Shown here: piece by piece, positions 21,010-32,309 of the stretch | How the letters are laid out: each line of letters opens with the position of its first letter | Position numbering within the stretch: the stretch's first letter is position 1 | NCBI GenBank assembly: GCA_963718565.1 | Contig: OY970364.1 | Location: forward strand, 352,001 to 416,000 | Length of the DNA: 64,000 nt | Direction of reading: 5' to 3' | Origin: an uncultured Verrucomicrobiae bacterium | Lineage (GTDB): Bacteria; Chlamydiota; Chlamydiia; Chlamydiales; Rhabdochlamydiaceae | Translations under genes and position numbers: made by a program | Notes under the pieces: model-generated | The model's input: only the letters and a program-made list of their open reading frames with translations | The model's database searches: none | What the model was told of the DNA's origin: nothing

Positions 21010-22809
21010 ATGCAGACGAGAACAAAAATTATTTGTACGATCGGGCCCTCCGTTGGAACTTATGAAAAAATTGTACAGCTCATCCATGCGGGAATGAATG
21101 TCGCCAGGCTTAATTTCAGCCATGGGACGCAAGACGATCATCTGAAAACAATCGAGATGTTAAAAAAAGCCCGCGAAGAAAAGAAAGTTCCTCTAGCGAT
21201 TATGCTCGATACGAAAGGTCCAGAGATCCGAATTGGCAAAGTTAAAAATGATCAGTTTCCAGTCACAGCAGGCCAGCATCTGCTCCTCGTGAAAGAGGAG
21301 GTCTTGGGCGATGAGAATAAAATCCAAGTGACTCCTCCTATCGTCATCGACTCTTTGGACGTGGGCACGCGGGTGCTCATCGATGATGGTTACATCATCA
21401 CCCATGTTATCGAAAAACGCAAAGACGGGGTCGTTGTAGAAGTCGAAAACCCCGGCTGGATTAAGGACCATAAAGGGATCAATGTTCTAGGGGTCGATAT
21501 TGCTCTGCCTGCAATGACCCCGCAAGATATCTCAGATATCGCATTTGGCTGTAAACACGATATCGATATCATTGCGGCATCTTTTATCCGGTCCCCGGAT
21601 CACGTTCTCGAAATCAAAAGCCTTCTTGTTCAACAAAAAAAATCAGAAATTATCGTCATCTCAAAAATAGAAAACAGTTTAGGAGTTCAGAATTTTGAGG
21701 GGATTCTCCAAGTTTCCGATGGGATCATGGTCGCAAGAGGGGATTTAGGAGTAGAGTTGCCTCTGAAAGAAGTTCCCAAGCTGCAAAAAATGATGATCCG
21801 CAGGTGTTACCAAGCGGGGAAGCCTGTGATTACAGCGACACAGATGCTTGAGTCGATGATTAAAAATCCACGTCCAACGCGCGCTGAGGTTTCCGATGTC
21901 GCCAATGCGATCTACGACAGCACTTCCGCAGTGATGCTCTCAGGGGAAACAGCTGTAGGTCAATATCCTATCGAGACTGTGCAAATGATGAAGAGCATTG
22001 TTGAAGAAGCGGAAAAGGACTTCAATTATCGCGATTTTTTTAATCGCGACTCGCGGATCGATTTCAATGATGTCTCTAATTCTGTCGCGTTAGCCTCTGT
22101 CCGAACTGCCTATAGTGCCCAGGCCAAAGGGATCTTTTGTTTTACCGATAGCGGGTTTACAGCAAGAGTTGTCTCGCGCTTTCGTCCTGAAATGCCTATT
22201 GTTGTTTTAACTCCCCACCGTAAAATTTATCACCAGATGGCCTTGAATTGGGGAGTGATTCCTGTAGATCCTACGCCGGCCAAAAATGTTCAGGAGGCTG
22301 TCACCATTACGAGCTGTTTTGCCTTAAAGCAAGGAATCGTGCGCTATGGCGACCTCGTGGTCATTACTGCTGGGGCCCCTTTTGGCATTAGCGGGACGAC
22401 CAACATGATGCTCGTAGAAAGTATCGGCGATGTCCTTGTACGTGGACACTCGCGACCCGGCCGCAGAATTCATGGAAAGGTGACTTTGTTGCATGCGTCC
22501 GATGAAAAACGCCATGACGAGATGCGCGATAGGATTATCGTAATCTCGCGCTGTAACGATTCTTATCTTCCTTTGTTAAAGCATGCCTTAGGGATTGTTT
22601 TGCAAAACCACCCTGAAGACATCGCTTCAGAGGAATTTGCTCTTCAAGTGGCAAAAATGCTCGATATCCCGATTCTTACCCGTGCTGATGGAGCGATGAC
22701 CCTTCTCACTAATGGGCAAATCGTGACCTTGGATCCCCTCAAGGGGATTGTCTATAAAGGATCCATCACTAACGATGAGGAGATGATCCCCACGATTTGC
22801 TCGCCATAA
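21010..22809 (+). CDS. pyk: Pyruvate kinase with C-terminal PEP-utilising-like domain
   Basis: RTKIICTIGP, RLNFSHG, DTKGPEIR, MVARGDLGVE, ATQMLESM. Confidence 0.97.
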   Translation: MQTRTKIICTIGPSVGTYEKIVQLIHAGMNVARLNFSHGTQDDHLKTIEMLKKAREEKKVPLAIMLDTKGPEIRIGKVKNDQFPVTAGQHLLLVKEEVLGDENKIQVTPPIVIDSLDVGTRVLIDDGYIITHVIEKRKDGVVVEVENPGWIKDHKGINVLGVDIALPAMTPQDISDIAFGCKHDIDIIAASFIRSPDHVLEIKSLLVQQKKSEIIVISKIENSLGVQNFEGILQVSDGIMVARGDLGVELPLKEVPKLQKMMIRRCYQAGKPVITATQMLESMIKNPRPTRAEVSDVANAIYDSTSAVMLSGETAVGQYPIETVQMMKSIVEEAEKDFNYRDFFNRDSRIDFNDVSNSVALASVRTAYSAQAKGIFCFTDSGFTARVVSRFRPEMPIVVLTPHRKIYHQMALNWGVIPVDPTPAKNVQEAVTITSCFALKQGIVRYGDLVVITAGAPFGISGTTNMMLVESIGDVLVRGHSRPGRRIHGKVTLLHASDEKRHDEMRDRIIVISRCNDSYLPLLKHALGIVLQNHPEDIASEEFALQVAKMLDIPILTRADGAMTLLTNGQIVTLDPLKGIVYKGSITNDEEMIPTICSP

Positions 22810-22849
22810 TTATAGAGAAGAGAAACAAGAGGCAAAAGCATCCGAAATT

Positions 22850-23699
22850 TTAAAAGTCGGCTTGCTCACATTCATTCTCGATATCAGGGGGATTTGCTTC
22901 GTCGTTAAAATCATTATTGATCGCTCTCTGAATCCGATCAAGAGATTCAGCCGGGAGCAATTTCTGGTAATCATTGCACCAATGATTTAGTAATTGGAAA
23001 TTCATGTCATCCTTCTGAACGGATAACGCAATCTGAAAAATATTCCCACTTAAGCTATCAAAGAATGATGGAGGTAAAGCGAGTTTTTCCATTTCCTTTT
23101 TGGGTTGTCCAGTAGTGCTGTCGTAATATGTTTCACAGTACGTTGTAAGACGGCCCAAAGCAACGTAGTTAAAGATTGACCTGATCTCTTTAACCACATC
23201 ATCAGTAATAAGATTGTTATTTGAAAGGAATGACATCATTCCTGCAAAAACAAGAGTTGTTTTTGCAGATTCATAAGAACAATTTCCGACCACGGCATAA
23301 GGGAGCAGCATTTTAATCATATTGTCCAGATCACCGTTTGTGATTTCTTGTTTTTCTCCAGAAGGGTTTAGAATCTTCGGTAGTTCCTCATAAAAAAACT
23401 CAGATGCGATTGAAATTTCATCTTGTTTTTGAATACAGGCCATTAACTTTTGTGTCATCAATTTGGGATCAATTTTAAATATTTTTAAAGTGCCAAACTT
23501 GCTAGCTTTCTGTCCAGTATTCCCTATCATCGCAATGAAATTTGTTGCTTACATTCTTGCTGTAACCATGATTAAAATTCCATGATAGCCAATTAGAGGA
23601 TTCTTTAAAAAATTGAAAGACATCATCAAGAAAGTCTTTATATTCTAGTTGTTCAGGATGATAGTTACAAGTAGTGCCTGTGGGGATTATAGTTATCAT
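22850..23699 (-). pseudogene. Internally deleted, frameshifted copy of the protease-like effector gene
   Basis: Junction CCCTATCATC/GCAATG at about 23531 removes about 400 bp present in the right copy. Confidence 0.85.
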
Positions 23700-23999
23700 A
23701 GTATGCCTATTTTATATTGCTTTATAGATGAATTATATAATAATTCTTAATTATTATAAACATTTTTTTATTTGAGGGTATAGAAATGAATAAATGACTG
23801 ATTATCAACATCTTATTGCTTCTAAGAGGCGCTTGCTTTCTTTATAATAAGTCTCTTATTCTCATAAACTAAGGTTGTTTCTGAAACATAATTAAAATAA
23901 ATAAAAAATTCTTAAATTTATATTTGTTTTTTTCATATAATCACAGATATATTTAAAAAACTGATTTATAAAATAATATATTTTTAGTAATAAAATTTT

Positions 24000-24234
24000 A
24001 TGATTTCTTTAAATAATACCCAAGATTTCGAAAAGTATTATGGATGGAATGTTGTCTCTCAAACACCTAGTTCAGCAAAATGGAAATACTTATTATGAAA
24101 TCGAGTTTCAGAGCCCTTGGGGATATGGGAATTGTGTCATGGAAAGCCAGCAAAGTGTAGAAGAGTATCTCATTTCTCTTATAGAAAAGAGTAAGCCAAT
24201 CGAAGAGCTCTATCAATTAGCAGTTGTAATAAAT
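24000..24234 (+). pseudogene. Truncated copy of the 32874-33635 gene
   Basis: Same sequence with a frameshift near the start; cut by IS1634. Confidence 0.85.
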
Positions 24235-26147
24235 CCCGAGTTTGACACCTGAAGGCTATTTTTGAGACTATTTTGTCTATGAGAGACACCTCAAAAAAGC
24301 GAAAAACGTAGTGTACACATGGTTGCAAATTTTCAAATGAAAATTTGCAAAAAATGAAATGTACATGGTATGCAATATGTCATGTTTATCAGAACCACTA
24401 CCAATAGAAAAGGATAGAGCTACTACCATCTCGTAGAATCTTACCGGGATCAAGGTAGGGTGAAGCAGCGTATTTTGTTGTCTCTGGGTAAAGTGGGAGA
24501 AGATCGACTCGATGATCTCATATCAGCTATCGGCCGGCATAAAGATGTGCTCACCGCTCTGGATGCAGCTAAGTCCTTGGAGATCGAGGACACCTATATT
24601 CTGGGACCATTACTGATACTACAGCACATTTTTGCTCGTTTTGGCATCCAGCCGCTTCTCGCAAAGATTGCCGCACAGCATCCTCAACTGCAGTTCGATT
24701 TCGAACGCATTGTCTTTACTATGATCGTATGTCGTTTTCTTGAGCCGGGTTCGAAATTGAAGATTTTCGAGCATTGGCAAGACAAATTATACCCAGAAAT
24801 CCTTTCCGGCAAGGATGAGCTGCATCACCTTTATCGGACCCTGGATTTGCTTAGTCAGCATCAAGAACAAATCGAGCTCGATTTATACTGGCATGACCGT
24901 GACCTTTTGAATATATCTGTTGACGTGGTGCTCTACGATCTCACCACGTTGCGATTTGAGAGCACCAGAGAGAATCTTGGGGAATTATGTCGCTTTGGAT
25001 ATTCCAAAGAGATGCGCAGTGACTGCACACAAGTTGTGCTGGGTTTGCTTGTGAATACCGACGGCATTCCTCTGGGATTTGAAGTCTACCCTGAGAATAC
25101 GTTTGAAGGAGCCACTCTCGTTGATATCGTCAAGCGCATGCGCGAGAAATTCAAAATACGGCGCTTTATTTTCGTGGCCGATCGCGGACTTTTTTCCGCA
25201 AAAAATTTAGAGCATATCCGCGCCCACTGCGGGAATGAAGAAAAAGGTGAATTCATTGTCGGGATGAAATTAGGAGTGATTAAGCAGCGTCATGATGAGT
25301 TTTACGATCGCAGCCGTTTTACAAAAATGAATGATGAATTGGAATGCTATGAAACCACTCATAAAGAAGATCGTTGCATTATCACATGGTCAAAAAAACG
25401 CGCTGAGCGCGATAGAGAGACCCGAGAAGATATTTTGTCAAAGATCAGGAAGAAATTAACCAAAAAGCCCACTCCGAAAAATTTTGTATCCAACACAAAC
25501 TATCGCAAATACGTGACGGGGTTAAAAAGAGGGGAACCCAAACTTGACGAAGCTGTGATTGCCAGAGAATCACGGAAAGATGGATTTTTTGGGCTGATTA
25601 CCAACGTTCCTGTCGATCGAATGAGTTCGGCCGACATTATCATGGCTTACAAGCATTTGTGGATAGTGGAAGATGCATTCGGTGAAATTAAGGGAACACT
25701 CAGGGCTCGCCCGGTGCATCACTGGACAGATCAACGCATTAAGGGGCATCTCACCCTGTGTTTTTTAGCCTATTTTTGCGAAGCACAAATGACTAAATTA
25801 CTTCGCGAAAAGGGTGTTATTCTGGAGAACATTGCGATTCAAGAAGGAACAATTAAAGCACGCCCTTTGACTGTAGTTGAGGCAATGAGAGAGTTGGCGG
25901 AAGTTCGGGCAATTCCGGTGACAGTAAAAAATACTTGCGTCTGGGTACGTAACGATATCAAGGGAAATGCTGCGCAGCTGTTTAAAGCAATTGGGGCTCC
26001 AATCCCTCCAAAATTGCTGAAGTGTGCAGAGAGGCATGCCTGAAGAAAAACGCATCGATTGCACACAAATGTAGTGGTACACGGGATTTTATTTTTTGTA
26101 ACATGTTGATTTTAGAGCTGTTATAAAAATCAGGTGTCAAACTCGGG
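24235..26147 (+). mobile_element. IS1634-family element, type 1
   Basis: Perfect 18-bp IR CCCGAGTTTGACACCTGA. Confidence 0.9.
24382..26043 (+). pseudogene. IS1634 transposase with an in-frame TAG at codon 12
   Basis: MFIRTTTNRKG*SYYHLVESYRDQGRVKQR; LYDLTTLRFES, FGYSKE, VADRG, VEDAF motifs. Confidence 0.85.
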
Positions 26148-26411
26148 AATGGGCAAATCGTGACCTTGGATCCCCTCAAGGGGATTGTCTATAAAGGATC
26201 CATCACTAACGATGAGGAGATGATCCCCACGATTTGCTCGCCATAATTATAGAGAAGAGAAACAAGAGGCAAAAGCATCCGAAATTTTAAAAGTCGGCTT
26301 GCGCTGCCGACAAAAAGTTGGACAGAAAATCGAGGGGAATAAGTAACTCTCTGTGTTAAGTCTTTCTCTATAAGCCATTCTGCAGCTCATATTCGCTGCA
26401 TATTATTCTAA

Positions 26412-28478
26412 CCCAAGTTCGCCCGAGAGAGCTGACCTAAGTCCCTCATAATCAACAACATTAAAATCAACCTTTGCTTTCGTAAGTCCCTTATTTTTAG
26501 TGCTTTGCTGTTTTTGCGAATTTGTAGTGACTGAAAATTTGTAAAATAATTATTTCATGTTTAAATAAATTCGATCCATCGGTAAGATCTGAGGGCATGT
26601 ATATAAGGAAAACCCTCAAGACAGACCGTAAGAGCGGAAAAACCTACTCTGCTTTTCACTTGGTTGAATCCGTGAGGACTGATAGAGGCCCGCGCCAACG
26701 CGCGCTTCTATACATGGGAGCCGAAATCAACCTCCCAGAAGAACAGCATGCACTTCTCGCTCAATGCATTGAAGATATTCTTACAAGTGCGCAATCGTTA
26801 TTCGCTTATCCAGAAGAGATTCAAAAGCTAGCCCAATCTTACACCTCGCAGATTGTGCGTCGTTTGTCCGACCCAGGAGACAACGCGGAACAACTAAAAC
26901 AAGATCTACTACCTGAATTTGTCAATATCGACGTTCATTCAATTGAACAGACTGAACCACGGTCTGTTGGTGCGGAACATCTCTTACTTCAGATGGGAAA
27001 TCAACTCAAACTGCCGGAACAGCTGCAAAAACTAGGCCTTTCAAAAACAGATGCCGCAATTGCCTTGGGATCGATCGTTGCCAGGGCTGTACACCCAAGC
27101 AGCGAAAGGGAAGCTTATCGGTGGCTATGCACTAGCAGTGGTCTTGGCGAATTACTTGATTTCGACTTTACAAAAACTACTTTGCACAAGCTCTATAAAA
27201 TCAGCGATACGTTGCTGTCTCATAAAGACGGGTTGGAAACAGCTTTAGAAACCATCGAACAGCAATTTCATGGATACAAAAGTACAATAGCTCTCTACGA
27301 TTTAACCAATACGTATACAGAAGGGCGGGCTGAGGCAAATCCAAAAGCTGCCTATGGTCTTTCGAAAGAAAAACGAAATGATTGCCCTCTCATTACTATA
27401 GGGCTAGTCATGAATGAGCACGGATTTCTCATCAAAACCTCATTACTTGCAGGAAATGCTTCAGAGCCCCAAACCCTACAAACAATGATCGCGAGCCTAA
27501 GTATTCACTCGTCTCTAATCAAGCCAACTATTGTATTGGATGCAGGGATTGCTACCGAAGAGAATCTGACCTGGTTACGCAAGAATAGATATACGTATGT
27601 TGTCTCAGCAAGACAAGATCCTCCCGTTGTTGAATTTGAAGGACAATTAGTCTCAGTAGGTGATCAGCATGACCTAGTAAAAGCTGCCTTGATCAGTCAG
27701 GATGGTAATGAGGAAAATTGGCTCTATTGCGAATCTGAAGCAAAAGCAGCGGTCGCCTCAGGGATGAAGAAAAAATTTAGAAAACGATTTGAAGATGATC
27801 TACAAAAACTTGCGAATGGTCTTTCCAAACCTAAAGGGCGCAAGAAGCATAACAAAGTGCTTGAACGGGTAGGTCGGCTCAAGGAAAAGCATAAGAGAAT
27901 TTCAGGATGCTATGAAGTCAATGCAATTCCTTCAGAAGATGGGCTCACCACAATTGCTGTGGAATGGAAGGTGATCGAAGAAAAAATGCAAGAAAAGCTC
28001 ACTGGCTCCTATTTTCTGAGAACAAATCGAACCGATTTGGAAGCAAAAGAGTTATGGCAATTGTATAATGTTCTCAGAAGCGTTGAGGATGCGTTTCGAT
28101 TTATGAAATCCTCATTAGGATTGCGTCCAGTCTATCACCAGAAGGAACATCGAGTGGACGGGCATTTATGGATCACCATACTTGCCTACCATCTAATCCA
28201 ACACTGCAGGCACCAATTAATTCGAAAAGGGATAAACTATTTGTGGCAGACAATACGTAATATCATGATTACTCGAGTCCGAGTAACTGTGCGGGCCAAG
28301 ACAACAGAAGGCAGGGTGCTCTACCACCGCAGCACTACAAAGGCAGAAGGCGAGCAAATAGAGATTTACAGGGCGCTGGGATTATCGTCTTCAATTCTCA
28401 GAGGTCATAAAACACTCGTTTAATTCAAGATGTAGTGACGAATTTGCATAGCTCCTCTGGGAAAGCCGCGAACTTGGG
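26412..28478 (+). mobile_element. IS1634-family element, type 2, copy 1
   Basis: IR CCCAAGTTCGC; 4-bp duplication CTAA inside the IS3 3' region. Confidence 0.93.
26597..28423 (+). CDS. IS1634-family transposase (608 aa)
   Basis: LVESVRT..GPRQR, LYDLTNTY.EG, GLSKEKRND, VLDAG, VEDAFRFMKS. Confidence 0.93.
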   Translation: MYIRKTLKTDRKSGKTYSAFHLVESVRTDRGPRQRALLYMGAEINLPEEQHALLAQCIEDILTSAQSLFAYPEEIQKLAQSYTSQIVRRLSDPGDNAEQLKQDLLPEFVNIDVHSIEQTEPRSVGAEHLLLQMGNQLKLPEQLQKLGLSKTDAAIALGSIVARAVHPSSEREAYRWLCTSSGLGELLDFDFTKTTLHKLYKISDTLLSHKDGLETALETIEQQFHGYKSTIALYDLTNTYTEGRAEANPKAAYGLSKEKRNDCPLITIGLVMNEHGFLIKTSLLAGNASEPQTLQTMIASLSIHSSLIKPTIVLDAGIATEENLTWLRKNRYTYVVSARQDPPVVEFEGQLVSVGDQHDLVKAALISQDGNEENWLYCESEAKAAVASGMKKKFRKRFEDDLQKLANGLSKPKGRKKHNKVLERVGRLKEKHKRISGCYEVNAIPSEDGLTTIAVEWKVIEEKMQEKLTGSYFLRTNRTDLEAKELWQLYNVLRSVEDAFRFMKSSLGLRPVYHQKEHRVDGHLWITILAYHLIQHCRHQLIRKGINYLWQTIRNIMITRVRVTVRAKTTEGRVLYHRSTTKAEGEQIEIYRALGLSSSILRGHKTLV

Positions 28479-28773
28479 CTAAGGTTATATTTCCTACAAT
28501 CTCTTTTTTTCTTTTCTTCTTTTTTCTCCAGTGAGAACTTTCCTGTTTTCGGGGGTGCGGGGGCGAAGCCCCGACCCTCCTCTTATTCTGAAAAACAGAC
28601 CTTATAATGCCCAAACTGAGGTGGATGGGGTAGGGGCCCCATCCGCCGAAGGCGGGAGCAGGGGGGACGGTAGTCCCCCGACAAGCCTTTCCCAAATAAG
28701 CCGGACAGGCCTCTTGAAAAGCCCTCGGAATGCTTGGCATATACGTACACAAACGTTCTTGGATTTTCAACTT

Positions 28774-29661
28774 TCATTTTTTTGCTTTTTTGACTTCGAA
28801 TCCTTTGTACTCTCCTTTTGAATATTTGGGTTTGATTCCATGATAAATTTCATTGGGTGTCGCATACAATAAGGCCTGATGCGGTCTACTGCAATTGAAA
28901 TGCTCGATATACTCATCAACCCCAGCACGCAGTGCTCTTACTGTTTCATAACGATGTAAATATATTTTTTCGTATTTCAGAGACCACCAACCTCTCTCTT
29001 GATAGACGTTGTCAATGCACCTGCCCTTGCCGTCCATGCTGATCTTGATACCCCGTTGCCGCAATAATTCTAGAAACGCGGTGCTTGTAAATTGAGACCC
29101 TTGATCCGTGTTAAAATATTCTGGACACGTTTTCTGTAAGGCTATTTCTAGTGCTGCAAGACAAAAATCCACAGTTATAGTGTTCGAGAGCTCCTGAGCA
29201 AGCACGTATCTGCTAAACCAATCGGTCACTGTAATCAGATAGACAAAACCGTTAGCCAATGGGAGAAATGTTATATCGGCACTGAAAACCTGGTTAGGAG
29301 TTCCAATCCACAAACCATTTAATAAATAGGGATAGTGCGGGTGTGATGCGGAGGGTTTGCTGAGGTTTTTTCTGGGAAGAACAGATAAAAACCCCATTTT
29401 TCTCCATAACCTCTCAATCCTTTTTTCATTCACGTTAAATCCCTCACGCCTTAAATCGGCATGTATTTTTCTATAACCATATTCGGGTTGCGCATAATGC
29501 AATTCTTCTATTTTCTGCATAAGAGCAAGGGTTTCCTCTGACTCTACTATAGGAGCATAGTAATAACTAGATCGAGGGAGGCCCAACGCTTCACATTGAG
29601 CCTCGACAGATAACATGGGATGTTCAGGTTCAATCAACCTGCGTTTCTCAAGAGTTGTCAA
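28774..29661 (-). CDS. IS3 OrfB
   Basis: Protein identical to 11664-12551. Confidence 0.95.
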   Translation of the reverse strand: MTTLEKRRLIEPEHPMLSVEAQCEALGLPRSSYYYAPIVESEETLALMQKIEELHYAQPEYGYRKIHADLRREGFNVNEKRIERLWRKMGFLSVLPRKNLSKPSASHPHYPYLLNGLWIGTPNQVFSADITFLPLANGFVYLITVTDWFSRYVLAQELSNTITVDFCLAALEIALQKTCPEYFNTDQGSQFTSTAFLELLRQRGIKISMDGKGRCIDNVYQERGWWSLKYEKIYLHRYETVRALRAGVDEYIEHFNCSRPHQALLYATPNEIYHGIKPKYSKGEYKGFEVKKAKK

Positions 29662-29935
29662 CCCCGGTTTTTTTTTTCAAAAATTCGAGCTGAGACTGAA
29701 GCCTGCCTATTTGGGCATAAAGCGCCTCAATGTCTATATCTGGGGCCGATTTTTTTTTACGCCTATCTTCAAACAGCCGCGAGATGCCTTGAACTGCTTG
29801 ACTTTTCCATTTGGTGATTTGTGCTGGATGTATTTTGAATTGTTGGGCCAAGTCTGATAGTGTCTTGTCTTCCTTTAATGCCTCAAGCGCTACCCTGCCT
29901 TTAAAACTGGCTTGGTGCGAGATTCGTTTAGCCAT
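29648..29935 (-). CDS. IS3 OrfA
   Basis: Protein identical to 11390-11677. Confidence 0.92.
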   Translation of the reverse strand: MAKRISHQASFKGRVALEALKEDKTLSDLAQQFKIHPAQITKWKSQAVQGISRLFEDRRKKKSAPDIDIEALYAQIGRLQSQLEFLKKKTGVDNS

Positions 29936-31008
29936 AATGTTTTTCTCCTTTTTGTTTTTTTAGAGAAAAACTTTACACTCGATTTAATTTCTTATTCCAG
30001 TGTCCAGTTTTTGGGGGGCAGCGCAGCTTGCTCACATTCATTCTCGATATCAGGGGGATTTGCTCCGTCGTTAAAATCATTATTGATCGCTCTCTGAATC
30101 CAATCAAGAGATTCAGCCGGGAGCAATTTCTGGTAATCATTGCACCAATGATTTAGTAATTGGAAATTCATGTCATCCTTCTGAACGGATAACGCAATCT
30201 GAAAAATATTCCCACTTAAGCTATCAAAGAATGATGGAGGTAAAGCGAGTTTTTCCATTTCCTTTTTGGGTTGTCCAGTAGTGCTGTCGTAATATGTTTC
30301 ACAGTACGTTGTAAGACGGCCCAAAGCAACGTAGTTAAAGATTGACCTGATCTCTTTAACCACATCATCAGTAATAAGATTGTTATTTGAAAGGAATGAC
30401 ATCATTCCTGCAAAAACAAGAGTTGTTTTTGCAGATTCATAAGAACAATTTCCGACCACGGCATAAGGGAGCAGCGTTTTAATCATATTGTCCAGATCAC
30501 CGTTTGTGATTTCTTGTTTTTCTCCAGAAGGGTTTAGAATCTTCGGTAGTTCCTCATAAAAAAACTCAGATGCGATTGAAATTTCATCTTGTTTTTGAAT
30601 ACAGGCCATTAACTTTTGTGTCATCAATTTGGGATCAATTTTAAATATTTTTAAAGTGCCAAACTTGTTAGCTTTCTCTCCAGTATTCCCTATCATCATA
30701 TATCCATTGTAAAATCCTACGGCAATGGCATGGGCGGAACGAGTATAATCGTCACGATAGCTGAACCATCCTGTCGATATAAATCCATATCCTCCATTTT
30801 GGATAGAAGTGAGATTTTGAGAAGATTTTTTTTGATCAGAAACAATTGTTATCGCATCGACGAACTCTTTTTGTTGGCTCTTAGAGAAAACTTTACTAAT
30901 AGATGAAGAGTAGAACTTTTGAATGGATTTGGATAAAAGCTTGAACATGTAGGGAGCCTTTGCACCTTTTAGTTTGACTGTAACCTTGGATATTTTATAA
31001 TCACCATC

Positions 31009-32309
31009 CAGGGCCATTTAACTAAAAATTTTTGATACCAGATCAGCTAAGATGGCATAATAAATTCCTCAAATTTGGAGGACCTATTATGTCACGCCGT
31101 AAGCCAATCGACGCCACAATCCTAGAAGCTAGTAAGAATTTTGATGCCCGTGTATTCGCGGAAACCGTCAAGGGAGAGTTTGCAGATTTCCCTGATTATC
31201 GACGTAATCAAAAACGTGTCTTATATCCAGTTTGGTATTTGACTCTTGTTATTCTCTGCGGATTCTTTTGTGGATGCAATACGATTGAGGAAATCGCTGA
31301 ATATGTTTCTCTGCAGGAGGAGTGGTTTTCTTCTCTGCTAGGTGAGGAGCTCTCAGCACCTTCCCATGGAGCGCTCTGGTGGTTTTTAGTGAAAACACCC
31401 CCTGGTGCGCTCAAGCACTACTTGCAAAAATGGTTCAGCAAAATTCCTGCTTCATTGCGCGATCAGCTATTGGCGATCGATGGTAAACGGATGAAAGGCG
31501 CAAATTTCCTAGGCGGTGTCACACACGTAGTGGAGCTATTCGCAGCGGAGGATCGATTATGTCTTGCCGTGGAAAAGGTCCCAAATAAAACAGTCGAAAA
31601 GAGCACGTTACCAATCATTTTGGAGCAAGTGAATGTAGAGGGGGCGATTATTTCAGGAGATGCACATTTCACCGTAGCCGAATCGGCAGAACAAATCGTT
31701 GATGCGAAGGCAGATTATCTGCTGGCTGTTAAGGACAACCAGCCAACGCTGTGCGCTGAAATGGAGAATTTTTTTGATCAAGCTCACGCAGTCGAATGGG
31801 AGGAAGTCCCCCATTCGTTTCACCAGGAAGTAGATAAAGGCCATGGTCGAATCGACATTCGAGAAGTACGAGTCGTCGAGGACCTGGACTGGTTGCCAAA
31901 TGCGGGCAAATGGAAAAACTTAGTCTGTCTCATCGAAGTAAGGTCCACGAGGCAAAAACTTGGATCTACTGCCAATGAGGTATTTAGACGGCTATATATT
32001 TCGAGTCGTCGAGCATCTGCCAAAGATTTTGCTAAATGGACCCGACAGCACTGGAGCATAGAAAACAAATGCCATTGGGTAGCTGATGTGATTTTTGAAG
32101 AGGATTATGCATTGACGGATAGAGGGAATAGTGCGGAGAACATGGGGTTGTTTCGACGTTTGGCTATGAACATGGCTGCAGTTGTAGATCCAGAAAGGGG
32201 GCTCGCCTCCGTAAGGCGCGCAGCAACTTTCGGTGGTGGGTACTTAAAGGGAATTTTGGCAACATTTTTCTGTTCGAAAATGTCAAAACATTTTAGTTAA
32301 ATGGCCCTG
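31009..32309 (+). mobile_element. ISAs1-family element
   Basis: 19-bp IR CAGGGCCATTTAACTAAAA; 10-bp duplication AATCACCATC. Confidence 0.95.
31089..32300 (+). CDS. ISAs1-family transposase
   Basis: AIDGKR, IISGDA, YLLAVKDNQP, GHGRIDIR, RQHWSIENKCHW. Confidence 0.93.
   Translation: MSRRKPIDATILEASKNFDARVFAETVKGEFADFPDYRRNQKRVLYPVWYLTLVILCGFFCGCNTIEEIAEYVSLQEEWFSSLLGEELSAPSHGALWWFLVKTPPGALKHYLQKWFSKIPASLRDQLLAIDGKRMKGANFLGGVTHVVELFAAEDRLCLAVEKVPNKTVEKSTLPIILEQVNVEGAIISGDAHFTVAESAEQIVDAKADYLLAVKDNQPTLCAEMENFFDQAHAVEWEEVPHSFHQEVDKGHGRIDIREVRVVEDLDWLPNAGKWKNLVCLIEVRSTRQKLGSTANEVFRRLYISSRRASAKDFAKWTRQHWSIENKCHWVADVIFEEDYALTDRGNSAENMGLFRRLAMNMAAVVDPERGLASVRRAATFGGGYLKGILATFFCSKMSKHFS

Larger units (their letters stand above)
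22711..24234. repeat. Left copy of a segmental duplication (pyk 3' end, deleted effector gene, intergenic region, start of next gene)
   Basis: Near-identical to 26148-26299 + 30026-30697 + 32395-33107. Confidence 0.93.
26300..30025 (-). mobile_element. IS3-family copy 3 carrying a nested IS1634
   Basis: Same IRs as copy 2; target duplication GCT; orfA 29648-29935 and orfB 28774-29661. Confidence 0.95.
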
